This document shows positions 50,488 to 60,135 of a DNA stretch of 64,000 nt, one piece after another. Origin of the DNA: Alistipes sp. (lineage in GTDB: Bacteria > Bacteroidota > Bacteroidia > Bacteroidales > Rikenellaceae); the NCBI GenBank assembly GCA_017410165.1, contig JAFQRH010000007.1, positions 4,447 through 68,446 on the forward strand. Direction: 5' to 3'. The notes below the pieces were generated by a model. That model searched no databases. It was not told where the DNA came from and was given only the letters and a program-made list of their open reading frames with translations. The position numbers and the translations under genes are program-made. The stretch's first letter is position 1, and every line of letters begins with the position of its first letter.

Positions 50488-51660
50488 ATGAAAAAACTTT
50501 TTGCTTTGCTGCTTGCCATCACACCATTGGTAGCAACAGCGCAGTACAATCCGGACATTATCTACACCGACATCTCGAAGGCGCCTCTGCGCACAGAGAT
50601 TATCCTCCCCGAGGTAAACGGCTACACGCTCTACAAGGCCGACCTTCACATCCACACCATCTACTCGGATGGCGACTGCACGCCGACCTATCGCGTACGC
50701 GAGGCGTGGAATGACGGTCTGGATATTATCGCCATCACCGACCATATCGAGTATCGTCGTCACGAGCCACGCTGGTTGGAGTTCTTGAAGGGATACACCG
50801 GTGGCGAAGCAATCAAGGCACGCAACCGCAACGTAATCAAAACGCCGGCGACCGAGGAGGGCATTCTCGTCGATTTGAATTATGGCGTCAAAGAGGCCGT
50901 GAAGGCAGCCGAGAAGTACGATATGCTCGTAATTCCGGCGGCAGAGATTACCCGCGAGCCGGTCAATATCGGCCACTACAACGTACTCTTTACCACCGAC
51001 AACAACAAGATTTACGATCCGGACCCGTTGCAGTCGATGCGCAACGCTCGCAAGCAGGGCGCACTCATTATGCACAACCACCCGGGTTGGAAGCGCAAGA
51101 GCGTTGCCAAGACCGAGTTCGAGTTGCAGGCATACAGCGAGGGTCTTATCGATGGTATCGAGGTTGTGAACGGCGTGCAGTTCTATCCGAAAATCATCGA
51201 CCGCGCCGTTACCGAAAACCTTTTTATGGCATCCAATACGGATATCCACCCTACGACTGCCGAGCACTATCGTATGAAGGGCGACTTCCGCAATATGACC
51301 TTCATCCTTGCAAAGGACAAGTCGCTCAAATCGATTCGCGAAGCGTTGGAGGCACGTCGCACGATATGCTACTCGGGCGGTCAGGTAATCGGCGAGGAGT
51401 CGTTGCTCAAAGCACTCTTCGACAGTTCGATTAAGGCGCAGGTTATCAGCACCGACAAGAAGAATCAGACCATTGCCGTAACCAATATGTCGTCGCTCAA
51501 CTACAAGTTGCGTCGCGGCAGAGGCATCACTCACGACCTTACCCCTTTCCAAACGATTATCTTCACCATCGAGAAGGGCAAACCACTGACTGCCAAGGTT
51601 ATGAATATGTGGTGTGGCGAAAAGAACCATCCAAACGTAGAGATTAAGGCGAAGAAGTAG
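50488..51660 (+). CDS. Secreted PHP-domain phosphoesterase
   Basis: Signal peptide (ATA-Q); DLHIHTIYSDG, ITDHIE, EIT...GHYN, NHPGW, IEVVNG, NTDIH. Confidence 0.9.
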   Translation: MKKLFALLLAITPLVATAQYNPDIIYTDISKAPLRTEIILPEVNGYTLYKADLHIHTIYSDGDCTPTYRVREAWNDGLDIIAITDHIEYRRHEPRWLEFLKGYTGGEAIKARNRNVIKTPATEEGILVDLNYGVKEAVKAAEKYDMLVIPAAEITREPVNIGHYNVLFTTDNNKIYDPDPLQSMRNARKQGALIMHNHPGWKRKSVAKTEFELQAYSEGLIDGIEVVNGVQFYPKIIDRAVTENLFMASNTDIHPTTAEHYRMKGDFRNMTFILAKDKSLKSIREALEARRTICYSGGQVIGEESLLKALFDSSIKAQVISTDKKNQTIAVTNMSSLNYKLRRGRGITHDLTPFQTIIFTIEKGKPLTAKVMNMWCGEKNHPNVEIKAKK

Positions 51661-51677
51661 GCAATCGGATTCACTTC

Positions 51678-51717
51678 AAACAAAACCGGAGTGGCTTGCG
51701 CTACTCCGGTTTTGTTT
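51678..51717. terminator. Bidirectional terminator
   Basis: AAACAAAACCGGAGT/ACTCCGGTTTTGTTT. Confidence 0.85.
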
Positions 51718-52825
51718 GGTGGAAGACCTCGACGATTTTGTTACACATTGCCGGCCACGAGAAGCGTTTGCGCTCGTGGGCGATATTGCGACGGAAACGG
51801 TCGAGATTACCCTCCTTATAGAGTTGCTCGATGGCATCCATCACGCCCTCGACCGTCGGAGGGCAGACATAGCCGACCTTATCGTCGGGCACAATTTCGG
51901 GCAGACCACCGACATCGGTAACAATCATCGGCAGGTGGAAATTGTAGGCAATTTGCGTCACTCCGCTCTGCGTCGCCGTACGATACGGCAACACAAGCGC
52001 ATCCGCCACCGAGAAGTAGTACTTCACATCGGCATCGGCAATAAAGCGGTCGTGCAACACGACACTCGCTCCGAGTCGTGCAAACAGCGGAGCGTAACGC
52101 TCCTTATCGTCGTAAAATTCGCCTGCGACAATCAGTTTCTGTCCATCGCGTCGCACGCGCGACCACGCTTCGAGCAGTATATCAAGGCCCTTATACTCGC
52201 GAATCAAGCCAAAGAACAACAGATACTGCAAGTTGGCATCCAGCCCCAATGCGCGGCACGCCTCGGCGCGCTCGACGCGCTCGCCAAAGTTCGAGAACAT
52301 CGGATGTGGCGAGAAGAGTGCCGGTACGGAGGTATATTCGCGCAGTTCGCCGTGCACCTGTTCGGACATATACACAAAGCCATCGACCGCGCGCAGATAG
52401 TATCGGTTGAATGGGCGGTCGATGATATGGCGCTCGTGCGGCTCGACATTATCAATCTGGCAGATGAATTTCGTATGACCGTTACCGCGAGCGATGCGGG
52501 CAATCGTACCAAAGCACGGAGCCATAAACGGTGTCCAATACTTCATCAGCACCATATCGGGTCGCTCGCGACGCAGGCGCAAACCCAACCGAATCCAATT
52601 CAGCGGGTTGCAGGTATTCATCACGCGCTCGATATGCAAATCCGTCGGTGCAGGCGTATCGACCGTCTGGCTCTTGCCCGGAAAAAGCAACGACGGATAC
52701 TGCAACGAAAAGGTGTAGATGCGCACCTCGTCGCCGCGTCGCATATATTCGCGCGCCATCGTCTCCATAATCGAAGCCAAGCCACCGCGATACGGGTGTG
52801 CCGGCCCTAAAATTACGATTTTCAT
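51701..52825 (-). CDS. Glycosyltransferase family 4 (GT-B)
   Basis: GPAHPYRGG, FFGLIREYKGLD, LPYRTATQSGV, TDVGGLPE. Confidence 0.93.
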   Translation of the reverse strand: MKIVILGPAHPYRGGLASIMETMAREYMRRGDEVRIYTFSLQYPSLLFPGKSQTVDTPAPTDLHIERVMNTCNPLNWIRLGLRLRRERPDMVLMKYWTPFMAPCFGTIARIARGNGHTKFICQIDNVEPHERHIIDRPFNRYYLRAVDGFVYMSEQVHGELREYTSVPALFSPHPMFSNFGERVERAEACRALGLDANLQYLLFFGLIREYKGLDILLEAWSRVRRDGQKLIVAGEFYDDKERYAPLFARLGASVVLHDRFIADADVKYYFSVADALVLPYRTATQSGVTQIAYNFHLPMIVTDVGGLPEIVPDDKVGYVCPPTVEGVMDAIEQLYKEGNLDRFRRNIAHERKRFSWPAMCNKIVEVFHQTKPE

Positions 52826-52947
52826 AATCGGCTCTATTGTTCGATGGGTAAAGATACAAAAAAATCGTCAAATTCCGCACGGCAGTTGACGATTTTAAGG
52901 TGTGAAGGTATGCGCAAGGGTTTGCACGCACAGCCAGTGCGGCTACC

Positions 52948-53676
52948 CTATCGCCACTCGATGACGGCACGACAAGCAACGGTCGCCTCGTCGGAGATAA
53001 TCTCGAACATCGACTCCTCGCCCTGCTGGCAATAGCCCACCGAGATAGTTTGACCCAGACGGCACTCGTGCATAAAATGCACATCCAGACGAAGCGGACG
53101 ATTCGACGAGAGCATATCAATAGGCAACACGTCGAGCATCATCGCAAGGTAGCGCATCGTATTGACGTGGTGGTTGAAATCTATATCGCTATACACAACA
53201 CGGCGCGAAGTGCTCTCCGTCGGCTCGATTCCGCGCAATTTGCGAGGTGGTGTGCAAGGCGACGGTGCGCTGCACAATTTATCGGGCGTAAAGGTGTCGC
53301 ACTCTTCGAGCGAGACCGGCACACGGCGTTCGTAATCAATCAGGCACCACTGCGACACGGCTCGGCACACGACCTCTCCGGCAGCATCCACCATCTCGAA
53401 ATTTCGGGTCGAGAGCAACAGCCGATTTTCGCTGACCCACGTGCGCAACTCCATCTCCTCGTACTGCTTTGGAAAGCGGTCAATTTCGACCGACATACGC
53501 GAGAGTACCCACGCACGTTTCTTCACCATAATTGCATCGACGCCGAAACCACGATTCTGAGCATCGGCTCCTGCCATATGGAGCATTATGCTACACAGCG
53601 AATCGAGGCGGGCGTGGAAGGTAAAATCCACATCCTGTGGCTCGATACGAAATTTGAAAATTGACTTTTCTGCCAT
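52948..53676 (-). CDS. Acyl-ACP thioesterase
   Basis: WVLSRM, TWV.....L.S.RNF, SDID.NHHVNT.RY. Confidence 0.9.
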   Translation of the reverse strand: MAEKSIFKFRIEPQDVDFTFHARLDSLCSIMLHMAGADAQNRGFGVDAIMVKKRAWVLSRMSVEIDRFPKQYEEMELRTWVSENRLLLSTRNFEMVDAAGEVVCRAVSQWCLIDYERRVPVSLEECDTFTPDKLCSAPSPCTPPRKLRGIEPTESTSRRVVYSDIDFNHHVNTMRYLAMMLDVLPIDMLSSNRPLRLDVHFMHECRLGQTISVGYCQQGEESMFEIISDEATVACRAVIEWR

Positions 53677-53920
53677 CGTGTTTTACTGTTTTTAGTGGTG
53701 CAAAGATAGAGTTTTATCGATAGAAACACAATTTTTAGCCCTTTTCGGACGTTACAAAGCATAATTCCGACATCGCCAAACAATATTTATGCAAACAGCG
53801 ATACCATATATAAATATAATTTCGTATATTTGTATCGGTGAAAATGGTGCGCTTTCGCAAGTTCTTTCGTGAATGAGCGCGCATCGGACGGGGAGGGGTA
53901 AAATAATATAAGGATATAAT

Positions 53921-54127
53921 ATGGGAATAGTCGTCAAGTTGGCAACCGTAATGGCAAAGCGCAAAATAACGCTCGGTGAATTGGCTGAACGCATCAATAT
54001 CACGCCGGCGAATCTGTCGATTCTCAAAACGGGCAAAGCGAAAGCGATACGCTTCTCGACACTCGAAGCCATTTGCCACGAATTGAGGTGTCAGCCGGGC
54101 GATATTCTCGAATACGAGGATAAATAA
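53921..54127 (+). CDS. XRE/Cro family HTH transcriptional regulator (YozG-like)
   Basis: ELAERINITPANLSILKTGKAKAIRFSTLEAIC..L.CQPGDILEY. Confidence 0.93.
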   Translation: MGIVVKLATVMAKRKITLGELAERINITPANLSILKTGKAKAIRFSTLEAICHELRCQPGDILEYEDK

Positions 54128-54159
54128 TTGCAGGTCGAAAGCAAAAACACGCCCCAAAA

Positions 54160-54190
54160 TTTGGAAAATTCACGGGGGGGGGTATATTTG
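54160..54190 (+). promoter_or_regulatory. Promoter with a G9 tract in the -33/-7 spacer
   Basis: TTTG (54160-54163), 19-nt spacer ending in G9 (54174-54182), TATATTTG (54183-54190). Confidence 0.7.
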
Positions 54191-54238
54191 CAGCGACAAT
54201 CTTCCGTAGAGCAGCAATGTTAGCGGAAGGCAGGCAAA

Positions 54239-54301
54239 GAGAAGTGAGAAGTCAGGAGTGAGGAGCGATTAGTGAGTATTGAGGAGTGAGGAATGAGAAG
54301 C
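54239..54301 (+). repeat. Degenerate 7-bp tandem repeat, 9 units, consensus GAGRAGT
   Basis: GAGAAGT GAGAAGT CAGGAGT GAGGAGC GATTAGT GAGTATT GAGGAGT GAGGAAT GAGAAGC. Confidence 0.8.
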
Positions 54302-54423
54302 GGGGATAGATGGTATAGAAGAAGTTCGTAGAGAGACAAAATATAGTGATGAGATAAGTATAGAAAAAACAGTTAATGAGCGATAATATCAATCGAAAGT
54401 AATTATTAAACCAGATTAAAGCA

Positions 54424-57258
54424 ATGAAAAGATTATTAACAATGACGATTGCGGCTCTTGCAGCATTCGTTGCGATTGCTCAACCGAGCAATCAACCGGC
54501 AATTCCGGTTATTCCGAACGACCCGGCCGTAAGAACCGGTAAGTTGGAGAACGGAATGAGTTACTACATTCGCCACAATGCCAAGCAGAAGGCATTGGCA
54601 GACTTCTACATCATACACGACGTCGGCGCGATTCAGGAGGAGGACGACCAGCAGGGTTTGGCCCACTTCCTTGAACATATGGCTTTCAACGGCACACACA
54701 ACTTGCCGGGCAAGATGATGATCGAATACCTCGAAAAGGTGGGTATCAAGTTCGGTTTGAACCTCAATGCAGGTACTTCGTGGGACTACACCCAATATCT
54801 TATGCGCGACGTACCCGTATCGCGTCAGGGCGTAATCGACACTGCGTTGCTCGTTCTGCACGACTGGTCGCACTTCATCGCATTGCAGCCGAAGGAGATT
54901 GACTCGGAGCGCGGTGTGATTATGGAGGAGTTGCGTACACGCGACGGTGCAAGTTGGCGTTCGACCATCAACCTCGTCAAGAACCTCTTGAAGGGTACCA
55001 AATACGAGCATCGTAACCTTATCGGCCACCTCGACGGTCTGAAATCGTTCGACCACAGCGCACTCGAAGCATTCTACAAGAAGTGGTATCGTCCGGACTA
55101 TCAGGCAGTAGTGGTTGTCGGCGACATTGACGTTGATAAGATTGAGGCGCAAATCAAGTCGCTTATGTCCGACATCCCTGCTCCGGCAGCTGATGCGGCA
55201 GTCAAGGAGGAGATTATCGTTCCGGACAACGCAGAGCCGATTATCTCGATTTTCGAGGACCCTGAAATGCTCGAAAGCGATGCAGGTATCTTCATCAAGC
55301 GCGCAGCAATGCCAAAGCATATGAACAATACGATTATCGCCGAGCAGTTCTCGCTCATCAACGCTCTGGGTAGCGCGATGGCAAACGCCCGTTTTGCAGA
55401 GATGGCGATGAAGCCGGATGCACCATTCACGCAGGCAGGTCTCTCGAATGGCGGCGTGGGCATCTGCCCTACTCTGGATGGTCTGTCGGTTAGCGTAACC
55501 ACCAAAGACAACGCCTTGAAGGGCGGTATCGAGGCGGCTTACACCGAGTTGGAGCGCATCCGTCGTCACGGCTTTACGGAGGGCGAGTTGGAGCGTGCAA
55601 AGAAGCAGGTACTCCGTCGCGAGGAGCAGGCGTATATGAACCGCAACGACCGTATGAACGGCGACTACGTACGTCGCTACATCGCAAACTTCCGTAAGAA
55701 CTCCCCGATGCCGGAGGCAGAGTTGGAGTGGAAGATGGACAGCACGATTATCGCCGAGTTGCCACTCGTTGCAATCAATCAGGTATTTGCACAGTATATC
55801 ACCGACCACAACCAGGTCGTAATCGTAAATGCACCTAAAAAAGAGGGCGTTGTAAACCCTACAACAGAGGATGTCAAGGCGATTATCGCCAAGGTTAAGC
55901 AGGCAGAGATCGCTCCTTATCAGGACAACACCGTAAAAGAGCCGCTCATCGCCAACGAGGCAGCATTGAAGGGCTCGCCGGTGAAGAAGAGCGCAATCAA
56001 CGAGCTCTACGGCACGACCGAGTGGACACTCAAAAACGGCATCAAGGTTATCGTTAAGCCGACAACTTTCAAGGCAGACGAGGTTCAGATTCAGATGACA
56101 TCGCGCTCGGGTTATTCGTGCGTTGCCGACGAGGATTACCACACGGCCGAGTATCTCACGCTCGTAATGTCGCAGCAGGGTGTATCGAAGTTCTCGGCTA
56201 CCGACCTTCGCAAGCAACTCTCCGGCAAATCGGCTAACGTAACCGTTGCTCCGGGCGCATACAACACGAGAGTAATCGCCAACGGTTCGCCAAAGGATTT
56301 GGAGACCATTCTCCAACTCATCTACCTGAAATTCACCGACCCTCGTTTCAATGAGGATGACTTCAAGGCAATTCTCAACCAATATATCAGCTACGTTGAG
56401 AACTTGAAGAGCAACCCTGATTTCAAGGCAGGCGAGCAGCAGCAGAAGACGCTCTACAACAACCACCCGCGTCGTCAGCAGATTTCCGCCGACATTTTGC
56501 GCGATATCCACTTCGACCGCTTGGAGCCGATTTACAAGAAGTTGCTCTCGAACGCAGGCGACTTTACGGTATATATCGTTGGTAATGTCGATTTGAACAC
56601 ACTCAAACCACTCGTAGAGAAGTACATTGGTTCGCTTCCGGCAAAGAAGAAGCAGACCAAGCGCGTGGATGATGGCGTACGCTATGCAAAGGGCGAGGTT
56701 GTAAACGACTTTAAGACCGAGATGCAGCAGCCAAAGGTTAATGTAAACCGCATCTACACGGGTAACATCGACTACACGCTCGAAAACAGTATAACGATGT
56801 CGTTCTTGCAGGAGGCACTTCGTTCGCGCTACCTCGTTTCGATTCGCGAGGAGAAGGGCGGCACGTATGGCGTTCAGGTTGGCGGTTCGCTTGACAATTC
56901 GGATGGCTTGCAGACCTACGAGTTGCAGATCGCGTTCGATACCAACGAGCAGATGGCTGACGAGTTGAGCGAAATCGTCGTTGCAGAGTTGAAGAAGATT
57001 GCCGAGCAGGGCCCTCTCACGGAGGATGTCGAGAAGACTCGCGAGTTCTTTATCAAAGATTGGGGCAACCGTCTGCAAAAGAACAACGTATGGCTTAACT
57101 ACATCTTGCTGTACGATCAGTATGGAGCCGATATGAACTTCATCGGCGACTTCGAGCGCGTCGCAAAGGAGATGAATGGCGAGCAGATTAAAGCACTTGC
57201 TGCGAAGATTCTCGCTGACGGCAATATGGCGTATATCGTAATGCGTCCCGCAAAATAA
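54424..57258 (+). CDS. M16 family zinc peptidase (PqqL-like), secreted
   Basis: Signal peptide (AIA-Q); G.LENG..YYI, GLAHFLEHMAFNG, NAGTS.D.T.Y, IREEKGGTYGV. Confidence 0.95.
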   Translation: MKRLLTMTIAALAAFVAIAQPSNQPAIPVIPNDPAVRTGKLENGMSYYIRHNAKQKALADFYIIHDVGAIQEEDDQQGLAHFLEHMAFNGTHNLPGKMMIEYLEKVGIKFGLNLNAGTSWDYTQYLMRDVPVSRQGVIDTALLVLHDWSHFIALQPKEIDSERGVIMEELRTRDGASWRSTINLVKNLLKGTKYEHRNLIGHLDGLKSFDHSALEAFYKKWYRPDYQAVVVVGDIDVDKIEAQIKSLMSDIPAPAADAAVKEEIIVPDNAEPIISIFEDPEMLESDAGIFIKRAAMPKHMNNTIIAEQFSLINALGSAMANARFAEMAMKPDAPFTQAGLSNGGVGICPTLDGLSVSVTTKDNALKGGIEAAYTELERIRRHGFTEGELERAKKQVLRREEQAYMNRNDRMNGDYVRRYIANFRKNSPMPEAELEWKMDSTIIAELPLVAINQVFAQYITDHNQVVIVNAPKKEGVVNPTTEDVKAIIAKVKQAEIAPYQDNTVKEPLIANEAALKGSPVKKSAINELYGTTEWTLKNGIKVIVKPTTFKADEVQIQMTSRSGYSCVADEDYHTAEYLTLVMSQQGVSKFSATDLRKQLSGKSANVTVAPGAYNTRVIANGSPKDLETILQLIYLKFTDPRFNEDDFKAILNQYISYVENLKSNPDFKAGEQQQKTLYNNHPRRQQISADILRDIHFDRLEPIYKKLLSNAGDFTVYIVGNVDLNTLKPLVEKYIGSLPAKKKQTKRVDDGVRYAKGEVVNDFKTEMQQPKVNVNRIYTGNIDYTLENSITMSFLQEALRSRYLVSIREEKGGTYGVQVGGSLDNSDGLQTYELQIAFDTNEQMADELSEIVVAELKKIAEQGPLTEDVEKTREFFIKDWGNRLQKNNVWLNYILLYDQYGADMNFIGDFERVAKEMNGEQIKALAAKILADGNMAYIVMRPAK

Positions 57259-57280
57259 GGGTGCCGAGCGCACGCTGACA

Positions 57281-57316
57281 AAGACGGCTGTCCGAATCGA
57301 ATCGGGCAGCCGTCTT
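57281..57316 (+). terminator. Terminator hairpin
   Basis: AAGACGGCTGTCCGA/TCGGGCAGCCGTCTT. Confidence 0.75.
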
Positions 57317-57477
57317 CGCATCTTATCGTTACGCATTGGGACAATGCATCAGGCGCAAGAGTCGTAGTCCGAGCGGATAAAAGATTTGGCAAAACAAAAA
57401 AAATTGCGTACTTTTACACGAATTATGCCCGAAGCGGGGCAATGTAAACTACGAACAAACTAAAAACAAAATCTAAT

Positions 57478-58344
57478 ATGACACAATTCAACCGATATCG
57501 TTCGATATATTCGCACGATGAACTTATGGCGCGTCTGCGTTGTCTGAAACACGTTGCCCTCGATATGGACGGCACGATTTATATGGGCACAACCCTGTTC
57601 CCATACACCAAACCGTTCCTCGCCGGCTTGAAGGATATGGGTGTTCGTCACTCATTCCTTACAAACAACCCTTCGGCGTCGATTGCCGACTATCTGGCAA
57701 AACTCGCACGTCTGGGCGTCGAGGCAACCGAGGAGGAGATGTACACCACGGCGTTGGCTACCATCGACTACATCAAGACGCACTATCCGCAAGCAAAACG
57801 ACTCTTTATGCTCGGAACACCATCGATGATTACCGAGTTCGAGAAGGCGGGCTTCGAGTCGGCAGCCGATTCGGCGGAGGATCGTCCCGATGTATTGGTC
57901 GTAGCATTCGACAAGACGCTTGCATACGACCGCCTGTGTCGCGCTGCGTGGTGGATTTCGCAGGGCGTACCTTACATTGCAACCAATCCTGACCGCGTAT
58001 GCCCTACCGACCAGCCAACCGTATTGGTCGATTGCGGTTCGATTTGCGCTTGTCTGACACACGCTACGGGTCGCACGCCGGATATCACGCTCGGCAAGCC
58101 GGACCCTAATATGTTATCAGGCATCTTGTCGCGCTACGGTTACGAGGCGGACGAGGTTGCGATGGTTGGCGACCGCATCTACACCGATATCGAGATGGCA
58201 CACAACGCCGGTGCGTTCGGCGTATTGGTACTCTCGGGCGAAACAACACTCGAAGTGGCAGACGCTGCACCGAAACAGCCGCACCTGATTTGCGACAGCA
58301 TCGAGGTACTCGGAGAACTCATCGCCGAGAGCCACAAAGAGTAA
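57478..58344 (+). CDS. HAD-IIA family sugar-phosphate phosphatase (NagD/AraL-like)
   Basis: DMDGTIY, FLTNN, ATNPD..CP, GKP, MVGDRIYTDI. Confidence 0.92.
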   Translation: MTQFNRYRSIYSHDELMARLRCLKHVALDMDGTIYMGTTLFPYTKPFLAGLKDMGVRHSFLTNNPSASIADYLAKLARLGVEATEEEMYTTALATIDYIKTHYPQAKRLFMLGTPSMITEFEKAGFESAADSAEDRPDVLVVAFDKTLAYDRLCRAAWWISQGVPYIATNPDRVCPTDQPTVLVDCGSICACLTHATGRTPDITLGKPDPNMLSGILSRYGYEADEVAMVGDRIYTDIEMAHNAGAFGVLVLSGETTLEVADAAPKQPHLICDSIEVLGELIAESHKE

Positions 58345-58381
58345 TCACAGAAGCTTCACGTAGCACATTCACACAAGGGAG

Positions 58382-60052
58382 ATGAAGATGAATAAATCTT
58401 TCAAATATTGGCAATGGCGCACAATCATTACGACAATGCTCGGGTATGCGTTGTTCTACTTCGTGCGCAAAAACTTTTCGTTCGCAATGCCGGGTTTGGC
58501 TGCCGAATACGCTATCTCGAATACGAGTTTCGGTATCATCCTCGCCATTGTCGGCTTGGTATATGGTCTGTCGCGTTTCGCAAATGGCCTGCTCGCCGAT
58601 AGAATGAACGCACGCTACCATATGTCGCTCGGTCTGTTGCTCTGCGCGGCAGCATCGCTCGCATTTGGCTTTGCACCGGCACTGCTCGGCATTGAGATTG
58701 GCGTAGCACCGCACTCGCTCGTCGTTGCGTTCGGTGTGCTGTTGGTTCTCAACAACATCTTCCAAGGCAGCGGATTCCCGCCTTGCGCACGCCTGCTCTC
58801 GCACTGGATTCCACCGCAGGAGTTGGCTACGAAGATGTCGATTTGGAACACATCGCACTCCATCGGTGCAGGTCTGCTCGCAATCCTCTGCGGTTTCATT
58901 ATGGGACATATGGGCTCCGATTTGAGCAGCAACGCCGAGGATGTCGAGCGTATGACGCGCAACTACATAACAACCAACTTCAAGGACGATGTCAAGAAGT
59001 CGGATATCCGCATCGCAAAGGTAAACAGCGTCAGCGTCTCGGAGGCAAACGACGCTACGGTGGCACAGGTGGTATATACCTACAAACCAAACTACGAGGA
59101 TGGTCGTCGCGTGAGCGAGGCATATATCTTTACGCACGAGGACTATACGGATGTAAAGTCGCTCATCGCAGAGAATGCCAAGATTACGACCGAGGAGATT
59201 GCCTCCGACACGGGTCTGCCTGCACCACAAGCAAAGGCATTGCAGAGCATCGTTTCGCTCTCGTCGAATGCAGGTGCGTGGAGATGGTGTTTCTGGTTGC
59301 CGGGCATCATTGCGCTGATTGGCGCGTTAGGTATATTCGTATTCCTGCGCGACACGCCTAAATCGGTCGGTCTGCCGGAGCTCGAAAACAAGACCTCGGC
59401 TCTTGCCGACGACACCAATCCGGAGGAGTATCGCCGATTTGTACGCAAGAAGGTATATGGCAATAAACTGATATGGATTTTGGCCTTTGCCAACTTCTTC
59501 GTCTATGTCGTTCGTTTCTCGGTACTCGATTGGGGTCCAAAATTCCTCACCGAAGCACGCGATATGTCCTATGCGTACGCAGGATGGACGGTAGCAATCT
59601 TCGAGATTTTCGGCATTATCGGAATGCTTGCAGCCGGCTGGGCGACGGACAAGTGGTTTGGTGGCCGTGCGCACCGCACTTGTGTATTCTGTATGCTCGG
59701 AACGGCACTGTTTATGACCATATTCTACCTATTACCGGGTGACGTACATCCGCTCGTGCTAATCTGCGTATTGGCAATGGCGGGCTTCTTCATCTACGGT
59801 CCACAAGCACTCATCGGTATTGCCGCTGCAAATCAGGCGACCAAGAAGGCGGCCGCTACGGCAAACGGTTTGACCGGCATATTCGGCTATTTGAGCGTAT
59901 TCGTATCGGGTCTTGGCGTCGGCGTATTGGTCGATCACTTCGGATGGAATTACGTATTTGTCGGTATGATTGCAATGGCCGTAGTCGGTATGGGTGTATT
60001 CCTGCTGATGTGGGGCGCAAAGCGCGATGGCTACGACGAGCAGACGGCGTAG
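58382..60052 (+). CDS. GlpT/UhpT-type MFS transporter, paralog 2, with ~82-aa extramembrane insertion
   Basis: YWQWRT...FYFVRKN, WNTSHSIG, YVVRF..LDWGP, FIYGPQAL; extra soluble segment before AWRW. Confidence 0.92.
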   Translation: MKMNKSFKYWQWRTIITTMLGYALFYFVRKNFSFAMPGLAAEYAISNTSFGIILAIVGLVYGLSRFANGLLADRMNARYHMSLGLLLCAAASLAFGFAPALLGIEIGVAPHSLVVAFGVLLVLNNIFQGSGFPPCARLLSHWIPPQELATKMSIWNTSHSIGAGLLAILCGFIMGHMGSDLSSNAEDVERMTRNYITTNFKDDVKKSDIRIAKVNSVSVSEANDATVAQVVYTYKPNYEDGRRVSEAYIFTHEDYTDVKSLIAENAKITTEEIASDTGLPAPQAKALQSIVSLSSNAGAWRWCFWLPGIIALIGALGIFVFLRDTPKSVGLPELENKTSALADDTNPEEYRRFVRKKVYGNKLIWILAFANFFVYVVRFSVLDWGPKFLTEARDMSYAYAGWTVAIFEIFGIIGMLAAGWATDKWFGGRAHRTCVFCMLGTALFMTIFYLLPGDVHPLVLICVLAMAGFFIYGPQALIGIAAANQATKKAAATANGLTGIFGYLSVFVSGLGVGVLVDHFGWNYVFVGMIAMAVVGMGVFLLMWGAKRDGYDEQTA

Positions 60053-60068
60053 GGCCGACCAAAGCACA

Positions 60069-60117
60069 ACAACGAAACAGGGTGTCGCTCTTTCGAGCCG
60101 ACACCCTGTTTTGTTGT
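60069..60117. terminator. Bidirectional terminator
   Basis: AAACAGGGTGTCG/CGACACCCTGTTT between convergent genes. Confidence 0.8.
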
Positions 60118-60135
60118 ATATATCCGCCTGACGCT

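Noticed and set aside
53735-54157. Minus-strand ORFs overlapping the XRE regulator
   Set aside because: They are shadows of the HTH gene and no DUF2975-like partner or other coding signal is visible upstream
54436-57336. 966-aa antisense ORF, and similar long shadow ORFs (12586-14763, 5691-7304, 23974-26079, 59944-61413, 33071-34393)
   Set aside because: Each lies exactly opposite a well-recognised gene, has no family motifs, and is expected from codon bias in highly expressed, moderately GC-rich genes
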